Source: Promethearchaeota archaeon
GTDB lineage: Archaea > Asgardarchaeota > Hermodarchaeia > Hermodarchaeales > Hermodarchaeaceae
NCBI GenBank assembly: GCA_048939625.1
Contig: JBHLPH010000006.1
Coordinates: forward strand, 1-64,000
Direction of reading: 5' to 3'
DNA length: 64,000 nucleotides
Position numbers and translations under genes: made by a program. This document shows, piece after piece, positions 1 to 10,210 of the stretch (the stretch's first letter is position 1; the number at the start of each line of letters is the position of its first letter). A model generated the notes under the pieces. The model saw only the letters and a program-made list of their open reading frames with translations. It made no database searches and had not been told where the DNA came from.

Positions 1-20
1 GATGTTCCTTCATCAGCCAT
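1..20 (-). CDS. 5' end of a gene running off the window (MADEGT...)
   Basis: ATG at 20 on the minus strand with GGAGG about 10 nt upstream; only 6 codons visible. Confidence 0.4.
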
Positions 21-174
21 AATATGGAACCTCCGATGAGTTCCTATGCATTGCACTGAATCTGGATACATAAAATTTTGGAAATCGCACATTCGAAGAC
101 TATCTATTTTCAACTAAGAAGTCCAGCAGGTTTTTCTGCGCCTAACAGCCCAAACAGCTTGGATAGTGATGGGC

Positions 175-900
175 GTGTGCTATCATTACACGATTCCTGA
201 CATTGATCTTATTCAGACTCGGTTTAAAGCGAAATTCGCTGAAGCAATACCCTTTGACCGAATTTATCATGTTTCAGGTTTTGCAAAACCTGATTTACCT
301 GTAATTACCAGCGAGGACCCCGATACTATCCAGATGCTGAAATGGGGCCTTATCCCCCATTGGGTCAAAGATGTACCGGCTGCTTCGACCATGCAAAACC
401 GGCTTTTGAATGCGCGAGCAGAGACAATCTATGAAAAACCTGCCTTCAGTTCCTTAATTTCGTTTAAGCGTTGTCTGGTGTTAGCTGATGGGTTCTTTGA
501 ATGGCGCCATTTTGAGGGACACGCCTATCCCTATTACATTCAGCTTGCAAGTGGTGAACCCTTTGCCTTTGCAGGGCTTTGGGATAATTGGATACACCCA
601 GAGTATGGTGAAAGCTACAAAACGTACACCATCATCACTACCTGGGCGAATCCTTTACTTGAGCAGGTTCACAACAAACGTAAACGAATGCCCGTCATCT
701 TGCACAAGGCTGATGAAAAGCCCTGGCTCCAAGTGAAGTTGAGCCGAGAAGCAATTAATAGTCTTTTAGTTCCTTATGAAGCCAGTAAAATGGTGGCTCA
801 CCCCGTATCACGGTTGATTACAACAAAGGGTGCAAAGAAAAATGTCCCCGAGGCCATTAGACCTGAAGAGTATCCTGAGCTCCCAGCCATCGAATTCTAA
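175..900 (+). CDS. SOS response-associated peptidase (SRAP/YedK/HMCES family, abasic-site protection)
   Basis: WGLIPHW, NARAET, RCLVLADGFFEW, FAFAGLW and HNKRKRMP motifs; in-frame GTG at 175 puts the catalytic Cys at position 2. Confidence 0.92.
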   Translation: MCYHYTIPDIDLIQTRFKAKFAEAIPFDRIYHVSGFAKPDLPVITSEDPDTIQMLKWGLIPHWVKDVPAASTMQNRLLNARAETIYEKPAFSSLISFKRCLVLADGFFEWRHFEGHAYPYYIQLASGEPFAFAGLWDNWIHPEYGESYKTYTIITTWANPLLEQVHNKRKRMPVILHKADEKPWLQVKLSREAINSLLVPYEASKMVAHPVSRLITTKGAKKNVPEAIRPEEYPELPAIEF

Positions 901-911
901 GCAATTAGGAA

Positions 912-1475
912 ATGATCTTTGTGCCTAAATGGTTTACCACATTCAACACACCCTTTAACGATATGACAATAGTGTGGACTGATTTTCAGCCAAAACCACT
1001 TGTGGACCATATTTTTCTTACAACACTCCAAAATCCATCTGAAGCCAGAGCAAAGAGAAACTGCCCCCAAGCCAGACAAGGAACCTCACCTTTCATCGAT
1101 ACCCTTGCGATGGCTTTACAGTCATTTCTACAGGGTGATAAGGTTGATTTTGATTTGACTTCGTTGAACTGGGCTCTTTGTTCGGATACTCAACAACGAA
1201 TACTCCGGGCAGAAGCGGGTATCCCTCGCGGATGGATTAGCACATATAAACGCATTGCACAGCATGTGGGAATCAGAAATGGGGCACGGGTTGTTGGCAA
1301 TGCCCTAGCGAGAAATCCCTTCCCCATCATTATCCCCTGCCATCGAGCAGTCAAATCGGATGGCAGCATCGGTGGATACCAAGGTGGTCTCGCCATGAAA
1401 AGGAAGCTCCTCGAAAAAGAAGGCATCCAGTTTTCAAAGAGTGGAAAAGTTGTTATGCTGACCGTTTTCTATTAG
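912..1475 (+). CDS. ogt: methylated-DNA--protein-cysteine methyltransferase
   Basis: ARVVGNALARNP..IIIPCHRAV active site and GGY.GG..MKRKLL.KEG. Confidence 0.93.
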   Translation: MIFVPKWFTTFNTPFNDMTIVWTDFQPKPLVDHIFLTTLQNPSEARAKRNCPQARQGTSPFIDTLAMALQSFLQGDKVDFDLTSLNWALCSDTQQRILRAEAGIPRGWISTYKRIAQHVGIRNGARVVGNALARNPFPIIIPCHRAVKSDGSIGGYQGGLAMKRKLLEKEGIQFSKSGKVVMLTVFY

Positions 1476-1480
1476 CGCCT

Positions 1481-1930
1481 ATGACATTTAGTGCCAGCGT
1501 AGTCGGATATATTCGCAAACCAGAAGAGGGAGCTATTTTCATCGAAATTAAACCGCAATATTGGAAAGCAACGCTCCAAGTGGATCAATTTTCTCACATC
1601 ATAGTGCTGTGGTGGATTTCAGGCCACGATAATCCTACAAGCCGGGCAAATTTAGCGGATTATCCCCCGAAGGAGAATGCTGGCTTGTCAGGGGTTTTTG
1701 CTAGTCGGTCCCCCGCCCGACCGACTCCTATAGGTCTTTCTATTGTGGCGATTGAAAGACTCGATGAGAAGACTCGACGTATCTATATTGATCAAATTGA
1801 TGCACGTGATGATACTCCCGTCGTCGATATTAAACCCTATATGCCATTTTCGGATAAAGTTGACAAGGCCAGGGTTCCACAATGGTTCCATGACAATGTT
1901 TCACGATACACATCCAAGCCGCTAGGCTAA
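1481..1930 (+). CDS. tsaA: tRNA (N6-threonylcarbamoyladenosine37-N6)-methyltransferase TrmO/TsaA family
   Basis: FSHIIVLWW, GVFASRSPARPTPIGLS and DTPVVDIKPY motifs. Confidence 0.88.
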   Translation: MTFSASVVGYIRKPEEGAIFIEIKPQYWKATLQVDQFSHIIVLWWISGHDNPTSRANLADYPPKENAGLSGVFASRSPARPTPIGLSIVAIERLDEKTRRIYIDQIDARDDTPVVDIKPYMPFSDKVDKARVPQWFHDNVSRYTSKPLG

Positions 1931-1950
1931 ATCAAACGGGAGAAATCACT

Positions 1951-2616
1951 TCAAGTGTTAAGGTGATTCTTTTCAGCAAGAAGTGAGTAATGGCTCAGGG
2001 AATATATCTGTAGGGCATGTATTTTGAAGTGTTGGAAAAGGTTTCGTAATTCAGCCTCTGTGAAGAGATGGTGAGGAAGTCCTTTTTCAATTCCTTGGGT
2101 TGGGACCCATGTTCCAGGCTCAATTTCCTGACCATCCTTAGATCCATGGCCTCTGGGTACAGGAACAGTAACCCAAATGAACCCATGGGGTCGGAGCACG
2201 CGCCACATCTCTTCCACGTATTGCTGGATGACTGCAATGCGATTATGATGAATAACTCGAATGCTAATTATGGCATCAAAGGAATGATTCTGAAAGGGGA
2301 GATGCAGAACATCAGCTAGAGTCGTATTGTTCGTGAACCCAAGAGCTGCAAGCTTTTGAAATGTAGAATGAAGACCGGAAGGCGCTATATCTAAGCTGTA
2401 GACTTCAAAACCTTGTTGCGCTAAAAACACTGTGTGGCGCCCACTTCCACATCCATGATCGAGCACATGTTTGATCCCATGTGCCTTGAACTGATAAGCG
2501 ATATCTGGTATTTCATAGTGGATTGATTGATTCACAAAAGCGCCTTTTTCATATTGACGTTCCCAGGCTAGCCGACCATCACGAAATTCGTCGTCAGAAC
2601 CCTTTAAGGCTGCCAC
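1951..2616 (-). CDS. class I SAM-dependent methyltransferase
   Basis: VLDHGCGSGRH motif I, LPFQNHSFDAII, RVLRPHG. Confidence 0.88.
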   Translation of the reverse strand: MAALKGSDDEFRDGRLAWERQYEKGAFVNQSIHYEIPDIAYQFKAHGIKHVLDHGCGSGRHTVFLAQQGFEVYSLDIAPSGLHSTFQKLAALGFTNNTTLADVLHLPFQNHSFDAIISIRVIHHNRIAVIQQYVEEMWRVLRPHGFIWVTVPVPRGHGSKDGQEIEPGTWVPTQGIEKGLPHHLFTEAELRNLFQHFKIHALQIYSLSHYSLLAEKNHLNT

Positions 2617-2627
2617 CCTCAGTTAGG

Positions 2628-3218
2628 CTAGAACGCTATAGCCTGGAGCCTTGCAGCTGATGATATTTCCTTGATTCGCTCAGCCATTTTCATGGTAATA
2701 TAAGCCAGTAAAACGACTTCACGTGACGTGAAGCGGTGCCGTTGTCCCTTGAAAATAGTGAAATCGTGTTTTGCGGGAGTGAAAACAAAGGAGTTGTATC
2801 GTTTTAGATGGTCTATGAGATCCTCTGGGAGTCCCAACTTTTTAGGTTGTAACCGTCGTATGTTGCTTCCTAACGAGCGAGATTTCGTGGCTGCATCACC
2901 AGTGACTTCAAAGGTCCAAGCACGAACGAGGAGCTCAAGGTAATCGGCCAGATATTGAATGGCGTCTCGCGTAAAGCGTGGTAAGCCTTTCAGAGCTTCT
3001 TGGGCGGAGTCTAATGGATGTTTGGGAGGGGGTTTAACGAGTGCTAAGAGGCGCTGCTTTGCAGCCTCTTGCAATTTCTTGCTTCGTACAAGGTATACTG
3101 CAGTAGTTTCAGCTTCAATATATTCCTGCGCCGTAAGTACATCTTGGGCTAGTGCCGTACAATATGGAAGTGCCCATAATACCTCAGATTTTCGACCAGT
3201 TTGACTTGGGGTTGCCAT
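2628..3218 (-). CDS. hypothetical helical protein, possibly HEPN/DUF4145-like
   Basis: 196-aa ORF with upstream AGGAGG; SLG..I..L and N....AKH segment reminiscent of HEPN. Confidence 0.55.
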   Translation of the reverse strand: MATPSQTGRKSEVLWALPYCTALAQDVLTAQEYIEAETTAVYLVRSKKLQEAAKQRLLALVKPPPKHPLDSAQEALKGLPRFTRDAIQYLADYLELLVRAWTFEVTGDAATKSRSLGSNIRRLQPKKLGLPEDLIDHLKRYNSFVFTPAKHDFTIFKGQRHRFTSREVVLLAYITMKMAERIKEISSAARLQAIAF

Positions 3219-3391
3219 TCTTTGTTCCTCCTATCACAAGAATACTCAAAATAGTGTAAATTCTCTTATATGGGTCTTATCTACTGGTCTAATAACCAAA
3301 GTAGACGGCTTAAAAATAACTTTCACGGTGAAATAGATGTCAAAAAGGGCGAATTTAATGAAGCGCCCTGATATAAATTGAAGTGAACCGA

Positions 3392-4456
3392 ATGAAACAG
3401 CCTGCCCTCTTCACTGCCTTCCCCGAACTTCGCGAGCATATTCCTTGGATACCAATTCTTCCAAAGCCGACACCTACACGTCAACTACTCAAATTGGAAA
3501 AGGCCTTACAGACCAAAGAACCCATATGGATAAAACTTGACAACCTAACTTCGGATAAGTATGGCGGGAATAAAGTTCGGAAGCTAGAATTTCTTCTTGC
3601 TGATGCGTTACGACAGGAAAAACACCAAGTAGCTACGCTTGGAGGATTAGGCACCAACCATGGCCTTGCGACCACCATTCACGGACAAGCCAATAACCTT
3701 CGAGTCCGCCTGTATCTTACCGATCAACCCATCACCCCCCACGTTCTGCAAAATCTAAAGTTGCTTTACCATTTTGGTGCTAACATGGTTTATGCAAAAA
3801 GCCGACAGAGGGCCCATTTACGCTTTCGGTATCTTGATCGGCTCTTTCAGCGCCATACATATTGGCTCCCACTTGGAGGCAGTTCTGAAATCGGAGTTCT
3901 TGGCTATGTGAATGCGGTGTTTGAACTTCACAAACAAATCAATGCCAACCAACTGCCCGAACCGCGGCGCATCTTTATTCCCGTCGGTAGCTTCGGCACC
4001 ATTGCAGGGATTGACCTAGGGCTCCAGCTAACAGGTCTCTCAACCAAAGTCAAAGGCATTTGTGCTGCACCAAACCCTCCAAGTGCAACTCAGGTGAATA
4101 GATTAATCCATAACACCTTGAAACTGCTTCAAACAAGCGATATATTTCAGGATTTTACCTATCGACCTCGATATGAATTGACAACGGCTTATGCAGGAAT
4201 CGGATATGGGGCACCTTCTCCAGCCGGAAACGAGGCAACAGCTCTTGCTAAGGAGCAAGAGAATCTTGTTCTCGAACCGACCTACACAGCTAAGACTTTA
4301 GCGGGGGCAATCGATTATATTCGCAGAGGAAAGAAAGGTCCCATTCTGTATTGGCATACCTTTAACTCCGTGAATCTTTCATCAATCGCCGACAAGGTGG
4401 ACTATAGGAGTCTACCACCAGCATTTCATACCTTTTTCAAATCATTCCAGCAGTGA
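3392..4456 (+). CDS. PLP-dependent ACC deaminase / D-cysteine desulfhydrase family protein
   Basis: GGNKVRKLEFLLADA, GTNHG, GSFGT and LEPTYTAK motifs. Confidence 0.9.
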   Translation: MKQPALFTAFPELREHIPWIPILPKPTPTRQLLKLEKALQTKEPIWIKLDNLTSDKYGGNKVRKLEFLLADALRQEKHQVATLGGLGTNHGLATTIHGQANNLRVRLYLTDQPITPHVLQNLKLLYHFGANMVYAKSRQRAHLRFRYLDRLFQRHTYWLPLGGSSEIGVLGYVNAVFELHKQINANQLPEPRRIFIPVGSFGTIAGIDLGLQLTGLSTKVKGICAAPNPPSATQVNRLIHNTLKLLQTSDIFQDFTYRPRYELTTAYAGIGYGAPSPAGNEATALAKEQENLVLEPTYTAKTLAGAIDYIRRGKKGPILYWHTFNSVNLSSIADKVDYRSLPPAFHTFFKSFQQ

Positions 4457-4522
4457 TACTGAATCCTTGAAGCTAATCTATTTAGCAGAGATATAGCTAG
4501 AAACACGACGGGATGGGCTTCA

Positions 4523-6061
4523 ATGCGGAAAAGACGGGCAGCCGCCATCGTTTCTGTTTTTTTGTTACTGAGTTTGAGCATATGGTTATTCGTAAGCTAT
4601 GTTATCATCCCTGTCTCAAATGTCGAGTTGCGAGTAGAAACCACCCAAATAGCAGGTACAGTGAATAATCTTGTAGGCGTCAACTCATATGGCCCTGATC
4701 TAACAGGTTTATATCAGGATCAAGTAGCCTATAACCTATTTCGGAATCTGGGTTTACAGCACCTCCGCGTGTGGTGTCGATTCGGATGGCAACTGGCAGC
4801 CAGTTCAGGATGGGGATGGTATCATACTATCTTTAATGGCACATCTTTAGCTGATGCCCAGAACCCCAGCTACTACAATTGGACATACCTCGATCTCCTT
4901 GTGGATGTGGTGAACGAAACTGGAGCAAGCCCAATCCTAACTTTCGTGGGATGTCCTCGCTCTCTAGCACCTAATTGGGCACCAAATACAACTCCCCCAG
5001 ATCTTGATATTTATGCTGAGGTAGTGGCTCGTGTTGTGATGCATTATGAACAGGGATGGCCTGGAACAGGTCAGATTTTCGACTTTGACTATATCGAAAT
5101 TGGTAACGAGCCTAACCTTCCTGCCTTTTGGAACGGGACGAAACAGGAATTTCTTAACTTGTATTCCGTCGTCTCACAACGATTAGCCCAAATCGGTGGC
5201 TCCTTTAAGATTGGCGGACCAGGACTGGCGGACATCAACTTGGCAGATTGGACCTCGAGTTTCTTAGGCAATGTTAATGGATTAGGACTTCCTCTTGACT
5301 TTTTCTCGTGGCATGCATACTGGAACGATCCAACTCAGGTAATAAGCGTCATCGAAACCGGAACCAGTTTACTGATGACGCAGGGATTCGCCAATATAGA
5401 TTGGGTCTTCGATGAATATGGACTCGACTTATTATCCGACACAGAATGGGGAACTATAACCGCAGCGATTCATACAACGGAGGTCTTGATTGGCGCTGCA
5501 CAACATGGAATTGATATTGCTTGTTTTGGGTTTGCTAAAGACGTGCCGATTCATCCCAGTGTAACATCGCCGTTTGGTGATGAAGCCAATTTCGGGCTTC
5601 TCACCAGCAACCCGACGACACCCAAACCCACCTTTCATGCGCTCAAACCCTTCGCGGCAATTTCAGGTCAAAATATACTGAATTCAACCCTCATCCAAGC
5701 CCCTACCCTCTTGACTCTACCGATGCCCGTAACAACCCTTGTAACCCAAGGATCAGGCCCACATAATTACACAATACTCATATCCAATCATGGATGGCGA
5801 GCTCTGACTACACAGATCACGCTTCAAGGCGCCCCTGCCGGTTTATTCCAAATAACATCGCGTGAGCTCTCCAGTGCCACCATCCAGCAATATAGTGGTT
5901 GGAGCCCCTCCAGCAATTTCTCAAGCACAACCATCTCAATCACTAGCTCACCACAGTCAGTGCTCTGGATAACAGCTCACCACCTAGGTATGGTTTACAG
6001 CCCACAGGACACCTCCTTCCTTCAGGCGCAAGTTTTTCTTCGCACACAGGCAAGAGATTAA
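4523..6061 (+). CDS. membrane-anchored glycoside hydrolase, GH39-like (clan GH-A)
   Basis: N-terminal TM segment; YNWTYLD, EIGNEPN (acid/base), IGGP, LDFFSWHAY, FDEYG (nucleophile), PKPTFHA. Confidence 0.8.
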   Translation: MRKRRAAAIVSVFLLLSLSIWLFVSYVIIPVSNVELRVETTQIAGTVNNLVGVNSYGPDLTGLYQDQVAYNLFRNLGLQHLRVWCRFGWQLAASSGWGWYHTIFNGTSLADAQNPSYYNWTYLDLLVDVVNETGASPILTFVGCPRSLAPNWAPNTTPPDLDIYAEVVARVVMHYEQGWPGTGQIFDFDYIEIGNEPNLPAFWNGTKQEFLNLYSVVSQRLAQIGGSFKIGGPGLADINLADWTSSFLGNVNGLGLPLDFFSWHAYWNDPTQVISVIETGTSLLMTQGFANIDWVFDEYGLDLLSDTEWGTITAAIHTTEVLIGAAQHGIDIACFGFAKDVPIHPSVTSPFGDEANFGLLTSNPTTPKPTFHALKPFAAISGQNILNSTLIQAPTLLTLPMPVTTLVTQGSGPHNYTILISNHGWRALTTQITLQGAPAGLFQITSRELSSATIQQYSGWSPSSNFSSTTISITSSPQSVLWITAHHLGMVYSPQDTSFLQAQVFLRTQARD

Positions 6062-6232
6062 CTAATTTCTGAACACAGACAGAAAATACTCTTCTTGGAC
6101 AGAAGTAGTAGTTTCTTTGATTCACCATATGATCGAAAAGCGAATCAATGGAGAAATTAGATATAACCTTCAACTTCCAAACCATGTGATAGCTCGTTAC
6201 CTCTCCCAAAAAAAGGAAAGGGAAGCGATGAA

Positions 6233-8959
6233 TCATCGCTTCCTACGACGAATGAGAACAGTAAGACCGAGGGCAACACACAGTCCGATAATAATTGTAG
6301 CAATGGGGAAACCTGGGATAATGGGTGGAGGTAATACGATTATGGCGATGCTTTCATCACTGCTCCAATTGCTCCAAGCCCCGTTATTGTCGATTGCGCG
6401 GACGCGGAAGTAATAGGTGGAAGGAACAAGTCCGGTGATATTGTAATTGGTGTACGTTGTGGTAAATGTATCAAGGATTGTAGTGAAGCTGGCACTATCG
6501 CTCATTTGAAGTTCGTAGTGGTCGATGCTACCATCGGAATCGGTGCTGGCAGACCATGAAACCGTGATGTCTCCACTGGGTGAAGAGTCACCTGGATCAT
6601 CCAAGACCGGAGTTGTTGGCCGAACTGTCCACGTATAGGAGAAGGTGATATTGTAGAGATGGGCGCTCTGATCATTGCGACTGGTCGTAAAGATGGCGCG
6701 CCAATGTAATTCAGGTCCTAGGTGAGCAAAGTTATGTAGAACACCGGGCGTAACCGATTCCCAGTTACTGCCTCCATCTGCCGTCATGTGAAATTCAATA
6801 TTGGTTCCTGGTGGAATGAAAGTTGTGGCTTCCAGTGTGGCTTCGTATACGAAGTTAGCTGATGAATAGATTGCACTTGATTGCGCCATAGAACTTCCGG
6901 TAACATATGTTGCACCTGTACTGTCAAAGAGCCGAAAAATGATGAGTGATGTCTTGTTCGCGAGGTAAATGTAATCGCCGTGAACAGTTACCTGAATTGC
7001 ACCTGAGGCAGCCAGATAACAGTCTAACACCTGCATATTATGTAAATTTGTAGCATTCACGAGCATCAGACCTGCACTCCCATTGGCGAACAGGGCATAT
7101 GGTCCAAAACCCCAACACCCCAGGCATTCACCAACTACTCCATTGATTACGTCTGTTGTTGTGATAGACGTTGGATCAGTGAAGTTCCATATGGGGGCAT
7201 TCATAAGTTCTGTAGCTAGCCCGTAGTCGCCATCGATATAGACGTCATAGTGCGTGAATGTATCAACGTAGGTGCCAAGAGGTTGTATGTTACTTAGATC
7301 TGTGATATCAAAGACGGTAACAATATCATCAGAACTCGTTGTCGTGGATACGGCATATAGGAAGTGACCTTGAACGGCTAAACCAGTCACATTGCTTGTC
7401 CCAAGATCATAGGAGTCAATGCCCACCGGTGTACTTGGAGTAGAGATATTGGCTAAATAAATCCCTGCGGCACCATCGGCCACAAAGATGACTTCACCAT
7501 AAATGGCAATGTCTGTTGCCCACCCAAGACCATAAGTACTGATATAGTGTAGGTTCGTGGGATCTGAGATATCATAGATACGTGCGCCACCGCTACCATA
7601 ATCGGCCACTACGGCTAGATGTCCTTGTATGTCGAGTTTCCGATAGAACCGATTCGAACCTGTTACGTGGGAGTCAAGAAAGACGGGAGCTGCAGGATTA
7701 CTCACATCGAGTGCGACTAACCCATCCTCTCCAGCGGCAATATATGCGATATCACCTTGCACCTTGACGTCCCAAAATTCATAGCCTCCTGAATAGATGC
7801 CTTGTGGAGCAAGCGTGGAGACAAAATTCCCAATCTTGAAAGTTTGGACACCAAGGTTTGTCCCAACCACTAATATGCCTCCGTAAAGGGCCACATCATA
7901 AGCAATTGGTGCGGTTAAGGAAGTCACATTAGTTGGATGTGTGGGATCCGAGACATCGATCACCCGGACGCCTCCATCCTCGTCTGCGACAAAGAGAGTT
8001 TTTCCTTGTAAGGCTAATCGTCGTGCATTACCTGGTGTGTTACATGATCCAAGGACACTGATAGCAGTGGGATCACTGACATCGACAATATGAATGCCAC
8101 TGGGTCCATCAGCCACATAGGCAAGGGAACCCTCGACTAGGACATCCGTTGCATTCCCCGGTGTATCGAAATGATCATATTGAAGAAAAATGTGAGGATT
8201 TGAAATGTTAGCAATGTAGAGGCCATAAAAATCTTCAGCCAAATAGACGAGTTGCCCCTCAACATCAATTCCAAGTGTCGTTTGAGAGCCCCAGTTATTC
8301 GTTATTTCCTGTGGATTGTATGGATCTTCGACATCAATGATTTTGAATGCCCGAAAAGCTGCCGACCCACGGGCTGTACAGTAGACGAAATGCCCCTGGG
8401 TATCAATATCTGTGACTACACCATCAAGACCAGTAGTACCTAGATAGACTCCTGTTCCACCATAATTGTATGGATTACTGACATTATAAATCGCTAAACC
8501 ACTTGTTCGTCCCGCATAAAAGATGTCACCATCAATTCGTGCACAGCGTAGATCAGATACCGAGGTTCGTGCACTCATGAGCTGAAGATTGGCAGGATCT
8601 GTGACATTGAGAATGTTATTGCTATTCGAAGAACTTCCATAGGAGATAAAGTAGATTTTCCGCCCTTGGGTATCCAGGCCCATCACTGGACCTACAGAGC
8701 TATAGGTATCAAGGAGGGTGTTCGTTATCACCCGATCACTGGTGACCGCTCCCAGACCCCAGCCATAGGCGTCAGCTGTCATTAAAAACGCCGTTGACTC
8801 AAAATCTTCCGCGTAGATGCCAATGCCTGGCGTCGGAATCCGAGAAACAGGCACTTCTGATGATGCCACTAGACCAACGATACTCAGTGCAAGCAACAGG
8901 ACAAAATAGCAGACTGTTATTTTACGAAGTTTAGAAAAGATTTGCATAATATCCCTCAA
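6233..8959 (-). CDS. cell-surface LVIVD-repeat beta-propeller protein with fibronectin III domain and IPGF-TM-basic C-terminal sorting signal
   Basis: Signal peptide; many AYVADG.SGIHIVDVSDPT repeats; WSASTD..YELQ..YYFRVRAID FN3; PPPIIPGF + TM + RRRKR. Confidence 0.88.
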   Translation of the reverse strand: MRDIMQIFSKLRKITVCYFVLLLALSIVGLVASSEVPVSRIPTPGIGIYAEDFESTAFLMTADAYGWGLGAVTSDRVITNTLLDTYSSVGPVMGLDTQGRKIYFISYGSSSNSNNILNVTDPANLQLMSARTSVSDLRCARIDGDIFYAGRTSGLAIYNVSNPYNYGGTGVYLGTTGLDGVVTDIDTQGHFVYCTARGSAAFRAFKIIDVEDPYNPQEITNNWGSQTTLGIDVEGQLVYLAEDFYGLYIANISNPHIFLQYDHFDTPGNATDVLVEGSLAYVADGPSGIHIVDVSDPTAISVLGSCNTPGNARRLALQGKTLFVADEDGGVRVIDVSDPTHPTNVTSLTAPIAYDVALYGGILVVGTNLGVQTFKIGNFVSTLAPQGIYSGGYEFWDVKVQGDIAYIAAGEDGLVALDVSNPAAPVFLDSHVTGSNRFYRKLDIQGHLAVVADYGSGGARIYDISDPTNLHYISTYGLGWATDIAIYGEVIFVADGAAGIYLANISTPSTPVGIDSYDLGTSNVTGLAVQGHFLYAVSTTTSSDDIVTVFDITDLSNIQPLGTYVDTFTHYDVYIDGDYGLATELMNAPIWNFTDPTSITTTDVINGVVGECLGCWGFGPYALFANGSAGLMLVNATNLHNMQVLDCYLAASGAIQVTVHGDYIYLANKTSLIIFRLFDSTGATYVTGSSMAQSSAIYSSANFVYEATLEATTFIPPGTNIEFHMTADGGSNWESVTPGVLHNFAHLGPELHWRAIFTTSRNDQSAHLYNITFSYTWTVRPTTPVLDDPGDSSPSGDITVSWSASTDSDGSIDHYELQMSDSASFTTILDTFTTTYTNYNITGLVPSTYYFRVRAIDNNGAWSNWSSDESIAIIVLPPPIIPGFPIATIIIGLCVALGLTVLIRRRKR

Positions 8960-9182
8960 AGAAATCTTAGAAGTTACTCTAATCCTATTCTAGTAGAAAA
9001 GTGTTCTAGCAGCAGATTCTCTGACATTCATAACCTATTCTTAGAACTAACCTTGATGATATTATCAACTTGATCAAAACTCCACAATCATCCAACACCC
9101 TCTAACCAACTCTTTCAATGTGAGAAAATTAGACATTTGGAAGCGACAATCATGAAGTGGCGATGAAAATATTTGCAAAAGT

Positions 9183-10193
9183 TTAGGGTTGCAACCAGTT
9201 ATTTTTCTGATACCATGCTATCGTTTCGGTCAGGCCTTGTTGGGCATCCGGATAGACCAATTGATAGCCTGTGGCTTTGAGCTTAGCATTGCTATACTGA
9301 TAATCGTGAAACATCAAATCAATCGTCGCCCGTTCAATTTTCGGTGCCTTATGCGTGAAATTTCGCGCCTTCCATTCAGCCCACAATGCCAACGCGGTGA
9401 GAAGCCATCGTGGAAGAAGGGGAAAACGTGTGTAGTAAATCTTTGCATTTAACAACGGAGCCACATACGAAAATAGTTTATATTTCCGATAAGTCGAATC
9501 ATCCACAACATTATACACTTGACCCCAAACATTGGGTAAGGAAAGGAGATGTACTGCGGCACCTACCACATCAGTAACATGAACCAATGGCACCAACGTA
9601 TCCAGATTTTTAGAAATAATGGGCAGCTGCCCCAGTGCCACCATTCGAAGAATCGTTCCAATCCCATACCGATTACGTGGACCATAAATGGGAGCCGGGC
9701 GAAGAATGATCAGATTCAGTTGATGTTCGGAACAAATCTGGAGGGCAATCTGTTCTTGTTCAAATTTTGATCGTTCATAGGCGTTGGATGGATTCACCAG
9801 GTCATCTTCACTCACGGGAAGCGATTGCGGAACTCCATACACCCCAGCACTACTAATCAGCACTACTTTCGAAACACCTGCTTTTACAGCGGCTTGACAA
9901 AGGTTCTTTGTCCCCTCAACATTGACTCCATACAACTCATCCCATGGCGCCGAATACCGAAATAAGGACGCCGCATGAAAAATAACATCAACCCCCTTGA
10001 CCACCCGAGCAAGTGTTGCAGGATTGCATAAATCCCCAGTCATGAACTCAGCTTCACGATTCAAGAAAGAACACGGTGCCTCGGGTAAATCCATGCCCCG
10101 AACCAGATACTTCGAATCTTGAAGTAACACGTCGATGAAATGACTGCCGACAAAGCCACAAGCCCCAGTCACCAATATTCGCTGTGTCGTCAT
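9183..10193 (-). CDS. extended SDR NAD-dependent epimerase/dehydratase (3-beta-HSD-like)
   Basis: TGACGFVG, YERSK catalytic motif, ILRPAPIYGP. Confidence 0.9.
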   Translation of the reverse strand: MTTQRILVTGACGFVGSHFIDVLLQDSKYLVRGMDLPEAPCSFLNREAEFMTGDLCNPATLARVVKGVDVIFHAASLFRYSAPWDELYGVNVEGTKNLCQAAVKAGVSKVVLISSAGVYGVPQSLPVSEDDLVNPSNAYERSKFEQEQIALQICSEHQLNLIILRPAPIYGPRNRYGIGTILRMVALGQLPIISKNLDTLVPLVHVTDVVGAAVHLLSLPNVWGQVYNVVDDSTYRKYKLFSYVAPLLNAKIYYTRFPLLPRWLLTALALWAEWKARNFTHKAPKIERATIDLMFHDYQYSNAKLKATGYQLVYPDAQQGLTETIAWYQKNNWLQP

Positions 10194-10210
10194 GTTCGAT
10201 CCCCTCAATA

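Noticed and set aside
9053-9068. TTGATGATATTATCAA near-palindrome (Fur-box-like) and TTCTAG/CTTAGAA repeats upstream of the LVIVD gene
   Set aside because: Single AT-rich occurrence with no cognate regulator nearby; could arise by chance
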